Source: Octopus sinensis
Taxonomy: Eukaryota
Length of the DNA: 64,000 nucleotides
Direction of reading: 5' to 3'
Assembly (NCBI RefSeq): GCF_006345805.1
Contig: NC_042999.1
Location: 170,562,001 to 170,626,000, forward strand
Positions 14,104 to 27,850 of the stretch are shown in pieces. The translations under genes and the position numbers were made by a program. The number at the start of each line of letters is the position of its first letter. Within the stretch, counting starts at the first letter, position 1. The notes beneath the pieces are model-generated. The model worked only from the letters and a program-made list of their open reading frames with translations, was not told the DNA's origin and made no database searches.

Positions 14104-15315
14104 TCTACAGGGTAGACCATAATATCTTACTCTCAAAATTGGCAAATGTTGGAATCCATGGAAAAGTCTCACTGGAGATTAAGTATTTCCTGGCGAATAG
14201 AACACAACATGTTGTAGTTGATGGAGTCCACTCAAGCCCAGCAAAAGTCACAGCGGTTGTCCCCCAGGGGACTGTCTTGGGTCCGCTACTCTTCATAATT
14301 TACAAAACGACCTTTCCAGTGTCGTACATTACTGCAAAGTGAAAATATTTGCTGATGACACTAAGCTCCAACAATCGTCAATGAAGAAGCAGACCGAACT
14401 CAACTCCAGTCTGATCTATATGCTGTGAGTCAATGGGCAGACAGAACAAAATGGAACTGAACGAGGGAAAATTTGAGCTGATGCATTTTGGAAGAAATTC
14501 CTCACTAAACAGCCATACTCTCTTCCTTCAGGGGAACCGCGCACAGCCTCTAACAATATCAGAGACCTGGGAGTAATTGTTGATGACGATCTCAGTTTGA
14601 GTGCACACATCAACAAGAAGGTCGATATAGCTCGTAGGATGAGTTCTGGATCTTAAAACTTTCCGGTCCAGAGAACAAGGTGTCATCATACCACTTTTCT
14701 CCTCCTTTGTACAGCCACACCTCGAATACTGCTGCCCACTGTGGTCTCCCCATACAAGACAAAACATATCGAGGATTGAATCACCCCAGAGAGCACTCAC
14801 TAAACAAATTGAAGGCATGGCTGCTCTCGATTATTGGGATCGCCTTAAAGCCTTGAAACTCTACTCTCTCCAGCGTCGCCGTGAGCGGTACATCATTTGT
14901 ACGATGTGGAGAATATACCGCCAACTTTGCCCAAACGACCTGAACATTAGCTTCAAGGTTCATCCAAGACTGGGACCACGGGCCATACGTCCCCTACCCA
15001 ATTCAAGATCACAGCATACATGTACACTGCAACATAATTTCTTTTCCTCAACAGGCCCTGCCCTATTTAACATTGTCCCGAAAGAGATCAAAGAGGAACA
15101 GGATCCCATCAACTTTAAACGGAGTCTGGATAGATTCCTTCAAGGAATACCAGATAAGCCACCCATAATTGGATACAACTCACCCAACAAGAACTCACTA
15201 CTTGAATGGACCATAAACAAAACTTGACTTAAACAGGATTCAAATAATCCTATCAGGTGCTGCTATTAAGTTAGACATGGCCTGGACCAATCTTTGGTCG
15301 AAACATATTTAAGTT
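14104..15315 (+). mobile_element. 5'-truncated CR1/L2-type LINE (RT C-terminal part)
   Basis: VPQGTVLGPLLFII, FADDTKL, LYSLQRRRERY; 3' end homologous to 9984-10060. Confidence 0.9.
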
Positions 15316-15316
15316 T

Positions 15317-16458
15317 CACCGTTAATGCTTCTGTATTTCATGTCTCTGTATTCATTATTGTTTTTTGTTTTTTTTTATATCTGTCCCTTTTGCTGTCCTG
15401 GTGTTCGTATGCATTCGATCCTTCTTCCAGGAATCTACGCTTCCAGCTTAGTTTTTCTATGCTCGTTGCTTAGTTTTCTTGGAGGGCTGGCCGTGATCTA
15501 GTAATCTCAAGATAATCAGCCGAAATTACTACGATGATCGGGTTCTTGACTGAAGACTGAGGGGTTCGATGTCCTGTCCATGTTTATTGTGTCGTCTTCT
15601 AAGAGTTATACGTTCTTGTCCATGTTGTATTTTTCTACATACCTTAACAATATTCCAGGCGCCCGTACCCACCTTATCATTATGTGAGCACATATTCTTA
15701 ATAATTGGTACGACTCTCTTTTTCTCCCCTCTCTCATTTTTACTGATCTGTCCCCCTCTCTCTCTCTCTCCTCTCTCTCCTTCTCTCTACTCATCCTCTT
15801 TTTCTCTCTCTTTACCCTCCTATTTCTTTGTCTCGCTCTGCACTCACAGGTCATTCTTCGACACCCATCCCTTCTCCTCTCTGATCCCTTCTTTCTCTCT
15901 CTTCTCTCTCTTTTTGCGTTTTGTCCTCGTCTCTCGCTCTCTTCCTTTGCTTCTCTTTCTTTTCTTTTCCCTCTTCTCTGTCACGTGACGTTGGCCGAAA
16001 TCTGCCTTTCAGCTCCTGACCCTCGTCGTGTTAACATCGTTGTTTTTCGTCCGCCGCTATAAAGGCTTCTTCCAATGCGCCAGAGAAAAAATTTGTTTGC
16101 TGTTATCAGTCGTAAGACACTTGTTGTTTTCCACCGTAATGCTTCTGTATTTCATTCTCTGTATTCAATTATTGTTTTTTGTTTTTTTTTATATCCGTCC
16201 CTTTTGCTGTCCTGGTGTTCGTATGCATTCGATCCTTCTCCAGGAAATCTACGCTTCCAGCTTAGTTTTTTTCTAATGCTCCGTTGCTTAGTTTTTCTGG
16301 AGGGCTGGCCGTGATCAGTAATCTCAGATTAATCAGCCGAAATTCCTACATGATCCGGTTCTTGACTGAAGCTGAGGGGTTCGAATGTCCTGTCCATGTT
16401 ATTGTGTCGTCTTAAGAGTTATACGTTCTTGTCCATGTTGTATTTTCTACATACCTTA
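15317..16458 (+). repeat. Two ~330 bp direct repeats around a CT-rich spacer (partial-tandem PLE-like structure)
   Basis: 15317-15652 and 16131-16458 are near-identical; related minus-strand fragment at 2780-2945. Confidence 0.75.
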
Positions 16459-16794
16459 ATATATATATATCTATATATATATATATATATAGTATATATA
16501 TATATATCTATATATATATATATATATTATTATGAATATATATATAAATTTAATAAATAAATATATATATATATGTAAATATATATATAAATAGATAAAA
16601 TAAATTATATGTATATAAATATATATATATAAATGAATAAATATATATATATTATGTATATAAATATATTTATAAATAATATATATATATATGTATAAAT
16701 ATATATATATATAATTATATATATATATGAATATATATAAAAATATATATAAATAAATAAATATATATAAATATATATAATTTCAGTAAAACAA

Positions 16795-17660
16795 TTAAGA
16801 TTCAAGTGAGTTCCAATGAATTCACATGAATATGGTACTTAACTTAGATGCCCAGATATCTTTATGGTATTAACCATAAAATAATGTGGGGTGATTATAA
16901 ACAAAAAAAAAAAAAGCAACAAGATACATATTAAATATATATAAATAAATTAATATATATATATATATATATATTATATATACATAATATATATATACAT
17001 TATATATATACATATATATATATAATATATATACATATATATATAATTATATATTACATATATATATATACACACATATATATATATATTATATATCACG
17101 TGATCACGTAACCGACCAGACCATCAGATGTTGCTACACATCGCTGGTCACAATGCGCTTCGCATTGTTTTAGCCTTCAATGGCGCCACCCCGCTGGCTA
17201 AGCGAGCAGGCCAACAGAAGAAAGAGTGAGAGAAAGTTGTGGCGAAAGAGTACAGCAGGGATCACCACCACCCCCTGCCGGAGCCTTGTAGAGCTTTAGG
17301 TGTTTTCGCTCAATAAACACTCACAACGCCCGGTCTGGGAATCGAAACCGCGATCCTATGACCACGAGTCCGCTGCCCTAACCACTGGGCCATTGCGCCT
17401 ACACACACACACACACACACACACCACACACACACATATATATGTGTGTGTGTGTGTGTATATATATATATTTTAATTTAGAGATAGATCCCTACATCTC
17501 ACCAAATAAAAATAATTTTCAGCAAAATTTCAAAAAAAGTTCAGCAAAATTAAGATTCAAATGAAAATGGTACTTAAGTTAGATGCACCAGAATTCTGTA
17601 TGGTGTTATCCATATAAATCCATGGGGTGATTATAAACAAAGTAAGCAACAAGAATATCC
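16795..17660 (+). repeat. Local ~110 bp duplication (16795-16925 and 17545-17650)
   Basis: ttaagattcaa...atggtacttaa(c/g)ttagatgc...ggggtgattataaacaaa occurs twice. Confidence 0.7.
17095..17400 (-). mobile_element. tRNA SINE family C
   Basis: Homologous to 9190-9410. Confidence 0.8.
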
Positions 17661-17767
17661 TCGATAATTTGGTACGATCGTTTCACGCTACATCATTTTA
17701 TTAAACATTGTAAGTATATATATATATATATATACATATGTGTGTGTGTGTTAAATTCAACTTACCT

Positions 17768-19790
17768 TGAAAGTCACACGCAGTGGCATACGGACAGGTA
17801 CTCTAAAATACCTCTATACCTCTATACCTAAAATACCTAAAATACCTCTATCAGCATCGCCCTCAATCGAGAACATTAACAACCTTAGAATCAAAGAAGC
17901 AACAACTGTAGGACTGTATGAGAACCCTCATAAACGACCAAAGAGCTGCAGAAGAAGTCTGTGCCATTAAAAACATAAAGATTAATCCTAATGTCTTTTA
18001 CTCCTTTGCAAAATCCCATAGGACCATTTTTTCCTTTATCGACCCACTGGTTGTTGGAAACGGCATCCTTCATAGTGATGCCAAAGACATGGCTGAGGTC
18101 AATACAGCTCTGTTTTCAGTGACCCTGATTCAGTTGACTCAAGCAGATTTGTTTCTTTGAATCCTCAGCGTGTCCTTTCCGACATAACCTTCGACGCCAC
18201 TGATATCCTAGTAGCAATAAAAGAAATCAAACCTGATTCAGCAGTGGGTCCGGACAGGTTCCCTGTTAGAGTGCTGAAGAAATGCAGACAGCAACTTGCA
18301 GCACCTCTTGCAAATCTCTGGAGGAAGCCACTGGATGCCGGTTTTATCCCTCAAAACCTTCTCTTCTCCCATCTTTACAAAGGGTAATAAATCGCTCTCC
18401 GTAAACTACCGTCCAATCTCAACTCACATATCATCAAAGTATTTGAGAGAGTGTTGAGATCAAGAATAACAGCCTTCCTCGAACAAAACTCTCTCCTAAA
18501 TTGCAACCAGCGTGGCTGACGTGGTGGTTGCGACTGTGTAACACAGTTCCTCCACCACTTTGATGACATCTTAAGTGCACTAAGTGAGGGCTCCAACGCG
18601 GATGTCATATATCTTGATTTCAGCAAGGCCTTTTAACAGAGTCGACCACAATATACTGTTAAAGAAACTATCCAACGCTGGAGTCGGTGGAAAGCCACTT
18701 CAATGGATTAGGTATTTCCTAACAAACAGGACCCAGCATATTGTGGTTGATGGCATCTACTCAAGACCAGCAAAAGTCATCAGTGGAGTCCCGCATGGTA
18801 CTGTGCTGGGTCCACTTCTTTTTATTCTCTATATCAATGACATTGCAGATTCCATTGAACATAGCACCATTAAAATTTTTGCAGATGACTCTAAGCTCCA
18901 GAAAGTCATTAAGGGAGCAGATGATCGAACAATGCTTCAATCGGATCTATGTGGGCACAAAAAAAAAAAACAAACATTATGCAGTTGAACCAGGAAAAAT
19001 TTGAGCTCATCCGTTTTGGAAAAGAGGGCACACTCAAACAACCATACACACTACTGTCAGGAGACCTGCATGAACCGTCGGATAATATCAGGGACTTAGG
19101 TGTAACTGTCGACAGCAACTTTAGCTGGAGTGTGCACATCAACAAAAAAGTCAGTGTTGCCCGCAGAATGTGTTCATGGATCCTCAGAACTTTTCAATCT
19201 AGGGATCATGAAACCATCATCATTCTCTTCTCCACATTCGCTGCCCATTGTGGCCCCCCTACAAAAAACAAGATACAATGAGGATCGAAACGCCACAAAG
19301 ATCAATCACAAAAAATAAATGGCATGATGGGACTTGATTATTGGGCTCGACTTAAACAGTTGAAGCTCGATTCTCTGCAACGCCGCCGTAAGCGATATTT
19401 TATTTGCACTATGTGGAAAATATTCCAACAATATTATCCAAATGATATCGGTATTATGTTTACAATTCACCCAAGACTAGGCCCCTGTGCTATGCGTTCC
19501 CTACAAAGGTTGAGGTCCCAATCACATAACAATGCGATACAATTTCTTCACAGAAAATGGTCCTGCACTTTTCAATGTTATCCCGAAAGAAATTAAAATA
19601 GAAAAAGACACCACAATTTTCAAACGGTACCTGGACAAATTCCTTCAGAAAGTACTGGATAAACCACCTACACCTGCATACGTCTCAACCAACAACTCTG
19701 TTTGAGTGGTCCATGGTGTCCTGAAATAATTAACTAAAAGACTACTGAGTTAGTTATGGCCTGAGCCGATAATGGCCGGATTTTTTATTA
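17768..19790 (+). mobile_element. CR1/L2-type LINE, decayed, 5'-truncated
   Basis: INPNVFYSFAK, SAVGPDRFP, VISGVPHGTVLGPLLFILYINDI, KIFADDSKL, LDSLQRRRKRY; many frameshifts. Confidence 0.9.
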
Positions 19791-20339
19791 CGATTATTAT
19801 TTACTACGATAAGTTGAATTTTTTATTACGATTATACAATTTTACATAGAGTGGGACATTACAAGACAAAACAATTACATGAAAATGTTATGAGTTCGAA
19901 CGAACATTTAAAAAATTTTGATGTTAGTTTATATAATTTAACTTGATTTTTTTAAAAACTGTCCCTTTTTAAAAAAATTACATACTGAGAGTAGACACCG
20001 GCAGCCTGTAAGGTCATGCAACTCTCTTCCCTCATTGATGATTGAGTTGGGTTACCAACACCCACCTTTCTCATCACATCCTTCCATCGTTTCTCATACA
20101 TGTTCCGCGGCAGGGTTTTCCTCTCCAACCCCATCTTGCACTTTAGGTATGGTACCTGAAATCGGTTAGCAACCCGGGGCCAGAGACGAAGGACCCTGTC
20201 ACGATACCTTCCAATCTAGTTCGCCATACACATTCTTTCAATACTGCAACAGTACAGAAAACATGCCTCACCTTCCTTTGTGAGTCCAGTTGGCGGTATC
20301 ATCTTTATTAAAGATCTAGCCGACGGCTGTACTCGTCCC

Positions 20340-20575
20340 ACGTGTTATACGCAACTTATCAAGCTTGACAGCACCCGACATTGTACAAAAGCGTGCTGAA
20401 CGGTTTTATCGTCCAGTCCGCACCTTGGATATGTTGGTGATACTGACATTCCGTGCCCAGATAACTTATCGCGAACAGGTAAAGCGTTCCTGTAGCACTG
20501 CCAGCTCATGGACTTTTGGTAATTATCCAAATACCCTGGCCTGAAAGTCTTTTTGAACAGGTTGGTAAGTTGAAA
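20340..20575 (-). mobile_element. L1/Tx1-like zf-RVT fragment
   Basis: [21 protein letters not shown]...PRCG...HAFVQC, homologous to 26750-26900. Confidence 0.75.
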
Positions 20576-20611
20576 CCAATGTAAGTTATCTAAGTAATAT
20601 ATATATGTATG

Positions 20612-20645
<34 letters not shown>

Positions 20646-20730
20646 TGTATGTATGTATGTATATATATGTATATATATATATTATATATATATATATATG
20701 TATGTATATATATATATATGTATATGTATG

Positions 20731-20782
<52 letters not shown>

Positions 20783-20968
20783 TGTGCCTGTGTTTTCCTC
20801 CCACCATCGCTTGACAACCGATGCTGGTGTGTTTACATTTCCGTAACTTAGCGGTTCGGCAAAGAGACCGATAGAATAAGTACTAGGCTAACAAAGAACA
20901 AGTCCTGGGGTCGATTTGAGGTGGTGCACCAGCATGGCCGCAGTCAAATGACTAAAACAAATAAAAGA

Positions 20969-21034
<66 letters not shown>

Positions 21035-23695
21035 TATATAAATGTGATATAGTTGACGAAGAAATAACAATTATTTAAAGTTCGAGCCGTGGTGAGGAGA
21101 AAACTAATTTATCTTCATGGTTTAAATCCGATCAAGAAGGACAGAGGAGATAATCAGGGAATTTATATTAATGTTAATTACATATTAGAATGTAGTGTTG
21201 GTTGGTGGGTGATTCTCATCTTTAGATAACTACTGACATGTTCCGGTCTTATTTGATCTCATCAGTGAATTATATTCGAACTGTTGCAATCATATTTTAG
21301 ATCGATATCTAAGAGAGAAAATATGGGATCTCTGTGAATAAATATAGAAGAAAATATCCAGAGATGCCTCGTAGAGATTTAATGCATATCCTCTTAAACG
21401 GTTTTAATAGATTAGGGATAGAAATGATAGGTGTAACATTCAGAGGCAGCGAATTGGTAAGGTTCTAGGAGCATCGGGCGAAATTTGTTGAGGCCTACTT
21501 AGGAGGTAGATTTAATTCACCATTGGGTTTAACACCATCAACTGGTATTTGATGTCCTTAACGGAATCGACTCTGTTGCTAGCATTAGAACCAGCTCATC
21601 AGTTTGAGGATACATTCCTCACACCAGTTTTGGAAGCCCAGCAAAGAACCATCGGCACTACTTTGGCCTCCTGCTCTAAGCAATCAAAAGTTTTCCCCTG
21701 GGTTTTAAAGTTAGCGGGGAAATAGTACAAGAACGTGAATGCAGCTCGCTTTGAAGGTAATCACCAGTTGGTATTTAAAAAGCCTACTTCTTCTTACTTC
21801 TCTTAAATTTCAGCTTTAAAGAACTTGAACAGGAATGACAACCTTCAGATTTATGTTTTTGCTATATAACTAGTAGAAAGAACCTACCTTTAATGATTTA
21901 GGTTGTAAACTTCCTACTTAAGTTTACAATCGTTAAAACTGTGTAAAGGCGAGAATAAGACACAGCATGGACTTCTATCATAAAATCATGCTCAGCTCCC
22001 CAGCAACTAATGTATTTAGTTTTCTTTTATTGTCTGTAAATGAATCTTAAATAAAAGAATTACCGGAAAATTTCTGTTCAGGGATTTGTCTGTAAAAAGT
22101 TAAGCAACATAAACATTAATGAGGAGACAATATTGAGTCCATGTTACATAAATACCACATTTTTAAGATTATGTGTTTAATATAATCGTAAAATTAATTT
22201 GACCTTCGTAATGTTTTATTTTTAATGACCAAATGTTCGCAGTTTACCAGATGCCATTGTGTTTTATTACAGCAGAAAAATATAGACTGTTTTTAAATGC
22301 ACCCTAACATAGCTAACAGTAGAAAGATTTTTTCCGTCATCAACATGCACAAGATAAGTTTTATCGAAGAAATAGAAGGAAAAATTCATTAATGGTGGGG
22401 AAACGAATAAAATTTAAAATATGAAAATATTTTCATGACGTAGATGGCATACAACTGGTGATTACGAAAAACGAAATTGTCAGTGACAGTTGTCTTGAAT
22501 TAAACAAGTATGATGCCATGATTATGTACATAACACAAATCTTTTTGGTGTAGGAAAATTTTTCTTTTTTTTCTTTTTCAAAAGAGACAAACGAGTTGTT
22601 TGTTATTAATCTTCTACGTTTACACATCCACGTGTGCACACTTGTTTTGTTTTAGACTACATTTTTTTTCGCTTTACGGCTTGGCTTCCACTTATACGTT
22701 GGCTATTCTGAATGGGAGGAGACAACGCTAGTTGTAGGCAACATATAGAGTTATTACCAGTGGAAAATTTAAACTAGCGCAAAGAAAATTTCACAAGTCT
22801 GTTGAACAAACAATTTTCAATAAGTAATTCTTGGAAAGAAAAGTCACAAATTCGAAAACGTAATTCCTTGGAAAGGAAAAAGTAAAACATTACACAATAC
22901 GTTTCGGACTTATAAACAATGAAAGTAAGTGTTTATAAATTGTTTTAAATTTTCAACCATTTGCTCAATTTTATACGGTTTCTCGTTTTTAATTTCTGCC
23001 CTGCTAGTTACTTCGTAACTGATAAGGATGTACTGGTGGTCTGTTCTTTCCAGATAAACTGCTTCAAAACTTGTAATGTCATACCGTGCATAACAAGAGA
23101 GTTTTCTGTTCTACCGTGGCTTTATAATATTTTTTTTTAGTAATTTTACATTCCAATCGTTGCTTTTATATAATCCTCATTTAATGTACTCTACCGGTCT
23201 TGTTGCTTTACTTGCTAATGTTTCTCAGTTACATAAGTTTATTTCAACAGTTTAATCGTCCAAAGTAAATTAAAAGTTTTATAAAAATAAAATCATTTAA
23301 CGATTTAATTAAATACAATTTACAGACATTCCATAGTCTTGGAAGATTCGTCAATTTTATAAACAAAGGTGGAATATTTGAAGAATAATAATGATAATCA
23401 TGCTGCTGGTGATGGCTTCTCAGACTTCAGTTTAGACTGGAGTGAAATACCTTGGTCCTGAATACAGTACAACACGTTCGGAGGGGTATTAACTTTTGAC
23501 ATTCTTGTATCTGGTGACAGCAATTTATTCTTAGTTGCACGGTAATGATTAACGAGCGAAAGTCGTAGTGTAGAAGCGAATCGTCCGAAAGCCGACCATT
23601 GCAGGGCATTTTGGAAAAATGTCCTCTCCGTAAATTCGTACTGACCAATGCTTTGTGAATAAAATATGGTAGATGGAAACCCCGCTGAGGCCTGT

Positions 23696-23728
<33 letters not shown>

Positions 23729-24087
23729 CAGTTGTACTGAATTGTTCAGGGCTTAGATTAGATCCATCTATGTCTATTATTTTCATCTCTAATATCTCTG
23801 AGTGGTCAATAAAATCAATAGCAGAAACACTAGAATTGATTTAATCGATAATAATTTTTTAACAGCGAGGAGAGCCTCTACGTGTTCAATCTGCGAGATA
23901 TAAAACCAAATTTATCTTAAACTAAACCTTATAATTTAAAAACAAGACATTAAATAATGCAGTTCTATATATCCTTGTGAAGATCAGGTGATCATTGTTT
24001 TGAATACTTTTGATCACGTGTCCATTTGGTAAAGTTAAATCAGAGTCTAAACAACAACAAGCACCGAAGTAACTTGATTAAGTTAAA

Positions 24088-24121
<34 letters not shown>

Positions 24122-24406
24122 TCATCATCATCATCATCATCATCAATATCATCACTTATTACGTCTATGTATTTATTTCATGTTTATTTGTCAGCAGGCT
24201 ATTTTCTTTCGTTCGATAAAACATAGGCGCAGACATGGCTATGTGGTTAAGAACCTCGCTCTGCAAACACGTGGTGTCGTGTTCAATCCCTCTGTGCGAC
24301 ACTTTGGGCAAGTGACTTCTACTTATGACCTCGGTCCGACGAATTTCTTGCGAGTGAATTTGGTAGACGAACGCTGTATGGAATCCCGTCGTGTGTGTAT
24401 GTGTGC

Positions 24407-24460
<54 letters not shown>

Positions 24461-24610
24461 TGTGTGTGTGATTGTGTGCGGATGTGTTTTTGTGCTTATC
24501 ATTCCACCACCCCTTGACAACCGGTGTTGCTTAGTTTACTTCCCCGTAACTTAAAAAGAAATTGATAGAAAAAGTATCGGGTTTAAAAAAATAACAAGTA
24601 TTGGGAGCCG

Positions 24611-24700
24611 GTGGAAAAAGGGATCAGAATATAAAGAGTAGAAAAAGGGATCAGAATATAAAGAGTGGAATAAGGGATCAGAATATAAAGAGTGGAATAA
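24611..24700 (+). repeat. 27-bp minisatellite, about 3 copies
   Basis: gtggaa(a/t)aagggatcagaatataaaga in direct tandem. Confidence 0.85.
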
Positions 24701-25299
24701 AAACCGCAAGGCATTTTTGTTTGATATTCTGACTATTTTTCAAATAGTTTATTTGCTCTTAGTAATAAGGTTTAGCCCCAAACTAGTTGTGATTGAGTAA
24801 ACCTAGAAAAAAAAAATCTTTCCATATGTGCCCATTACCTCTTTTGTCTTCCCAGACTTAATGTATGAGGCAGTATATCCTCTCTCCTTTGGGATTGTAG
24901 GGTATAATTTGAATGAAAATTGGCTCCGAAGCTGGGAGCAAGCTTCTTTTGTCCTTTTCGATTCTGTTGCTCAACTTTTCACATTTACTTGAGCAAAACA
25001 CTGACTTCTCTACATTTACTTAACTTGCTAAGCACATCACTTAGAAGCACTTTACGAGTTAAGTTGGGAAAGCTGAACAACCTGAAGGCTGTTCCGAGCT
25101 TACAAGCTCATGAGGTCAGAGCTTGTTCGGATTTTCAAGGCGTGTAAGCAGTTCAAAGAAGACTTTTCTCTGAACGGGATGCTAGGACAAGGTGCTGACC
25201 TGACATCTGTGAACCTAATAGCCAAACCACCAGACCGTGCGCCTTCCCAAGCTCTGGGAGTAAGTCGTTTAAATTGATGCCAATATTTTAGTGCCGCAG

Positions 25300-25490
25300 T
25301 TGAATCGTTAGCACAAAAAAGCTTAGCGATATTTCGCCTATCTTTATGTTTTGAGTTCAAATTCCGCTGAGGTCGCCTTTGACTTTCATCCCTTCGGGGT
25401 CGATAAAATAAGTACCAGTATATCATTGGGGTCGATGTAATCAACTTACTCCGTCCCCTAAAATTGCTGCCCTTGTGCCAAAATTTGAAA
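25300..25490 (+). mobile_element. SINE family A, diverged
   Basis: Body homology. Confidence 0.8.
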
Positions 25491-26029
25491 CAACGATCCT
25501 GCAGTTGAAAATTAAAAAATAAGTAAAATTTTTTTTTTAATCAGCATCGACGCAGGCATGGCTGCATGATTAAGGAGCCTCGCAACCACATGATTTTGGG
25601 TTCAGTCTCATTGCGTGGCACCTTCTATTATAGTCCCGGTCGATTAATGCATTGCGAGTGAATTTGGTCAACAGAAATAGTGTGTGTGAGTCTTCGTGTC
25701 TGCGTTTACCCCGCACCACTTGACAACCGGTGTTGGTTTGTTTACATCCCCGTAAGATAGCGATAGAATAAATACCAGCCTTATTGTTATGTTATTATTT
25801 AAATGGTGAGGCGGTGAGCTGGCAGAATCGTTAGCAGGCTGCGGTTAATTTGTCCTTGCCAGAATTTGGTTAGTAATTGTTATTATTTATTGTTATTGTT
25901 GCCATTTATTGTTAAATTTTGAACTTATTGTTCTACGTTCTGTTTTAACAGACGTAGTAGACTGTTGTTCCCCTCCATGAAGAGGGGAAAATAAATTTTG
26001 AAAAAAATATTCTGGAAAATATTTATTTT

Positions 26030-27479
26030 TGTGAAAATGAATTCGGAGGACGGGTCTTCTAACCGTGACCAAGCTAACCAAAGAGGGGCTGCAAAACAAG
26101 AGAAAATGAACGAAAATGTGAAGGAAAGTCAATGCTGAAAACTGTAAAATGAATAACGGAAAAGTAAACCCAACAGAAGACAACCAAAAGAAGATTAATT
26201 TTGCCACCGCAGCCGGTGTGAGAAAAGATAAATTGAACATAGATCTAGATTCACTACGGCAACACAGAGGTATGTTCGAAAGGGAAGGTTTTGATATTAA
26301 AGCCACCCTCCCTAACGAATTCATCGAAGAAACAAAGAGCTCGAAACCGCTTGTGAGACGCTCTATTTGCTGTCAACAACCGTTAAAGGGTGGGCTAGGG
26401 TGGGCTACGGATGCCTTGGCTACTGATGCACAGACATGCGCTGAGGCTGAGGCATCTGTGTCTCTACCTGGATGGTGAACGGGTGTGGTCTTCGCTGCTG
26501 AAACAGATGTTTCCCAGGTTCACTAGTTTCGGTGGACGGGTAACCTGGTTCAGTCGCAGATCGAAGGAGTGTCGCAAGGCACTCCTGCTTTTCCGTCGCT
26601 CGGGCAATGCTTGTGGCAGTCGCTCCACCGTTGTCTTTTATAGAGGGTTTGTAGAGGCGGAATGCGATGATACATTGGGGGAGACCCTAGGTTTTGACGA
26701 TAATCAGCTGGCCAGTCTGTTCCAACGTACATTCGGGCCGAAGACCCTGGATAATTTTCAGAAGTCTTTGGCATGGCAGTGTTACCGCGGAGCCTTACCT
26801 GTCCGGGATTAACTCTCAAGGCACAGTGGCCGAGACACCCCGATCTGTCCAAGATGTGGGCGGGACAAGGAAACCGTCCCGCACGCTATTGCTCAGTGCC
26901 CTGAAGTGTCTGGCTTGTGGGTTTATGCCGAACAACTGATGTCAGGTGGAGGAAGGGTACGGCTGTTGACTGAATCTATAGTGAAAATTAACCCACCGGA
27001 TTTCTTAACGAAAGAAGGTAAGAATTGTTTTCTCTCTGTAGTAGCAACTGTGAGAGGGATTAGACGGAGGACAAGAATGAAAGGGATACGGTCAGGCACC
27101 TTCATCTCTGACCCTGATCTGGTGAATTTTTTCATCTTCCTCCAGAAAGGCAAACAGGGCTGGAGAGGAGATGTTTGACTGATGACATGTTTGGAAAAAA
27201 AATGGAAGAATGTCGCACGAATGTTGAGCATGAAAGGCTCCGCGTGAATGCGATTTGGTTTAAAAACCCAGGTCAGTGGTAAGGCGGGGTTCGTGGGGTC
27301 CGTTATAAACCCGCCTCTACTCCATCTGTTATGCCTTATTGTGTCCTATCATCATCCGCATTATATATAATGTATTTAGAATTTTTAAAAGGACCCCAAT
27401 CGCATTTCTTGTAAAATCATTCGATTTCATTGTGCAGTCCCTTCTATGGATGTCCTTATCGATAGTAAAAAATAAAAAA
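26030..27479 (+). mobile_element. L1/Tx1-like LINE, internally deleted derivative
   Basis: zf-RVT-like LAWQCYRGALPVRD...CPRCGRDKETVPHAIAQCP; ORF1-like start at 26149; A-rich tail at 27466-27479; 5' boundary uncertain. Confidence 0.75.
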
Positions 27480-27850
27480 TCGTTAGCACGCCGGGTGAAA
27501 TGCTTAGCCGTATTTCGTCTGCTGCAACGTTCTGAGTTCAAATTCTGCTGCGGTCGACTTTGCCTTTCATCCTTTCGGGGTCGATTAAATAAGTACCAGT
27601 TACGCACTGGGGTCGATATAATCGACTTAATCCGTTTGTCTGTCCTTGTTTGTTCTCTCTGTGGGCAGTAAAGAAATAGGTATTTCGTCTGCCGCTACGT
27701 TCTGAGTTCAAATTCCGCCGAGGTCGACTTTGCCTTTCATCCTTTTGGGGTCGATAAATTAAGTACCAGTATATCACTGGGGTCGATCTAATCGACTTGC
27801 CTCCTCCCTCAAAATTTCGGGCCTTGTGGCTAGTGTAGAAAAGATTATTA
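27479..27850 (+). mobile_element. SINE family A dimer
   Basis: Two bodies joined at aaagaaata|ggtatttcgtct. Confidence 0.85.

Noticed and set aside
17670-17705. HHR-like gaaacgatcgta on the minus strand
   Set aside because: CUGANGA core and stem II too degenerate
21400-21750. Possible LTR-retrotransposon integrase or RT relic
   Set aside because: Only vague CxxC-like similarity with many stops; cannot be supported by eye
24611-24700. CRISPR-like 27-bp repeats
   Set aside because: No unique spacers, eukaryotic context; a minisatellite
24920-25260. Coding-like unique sequence
   Set aside because: No motif recognised in any frame; left unannotated
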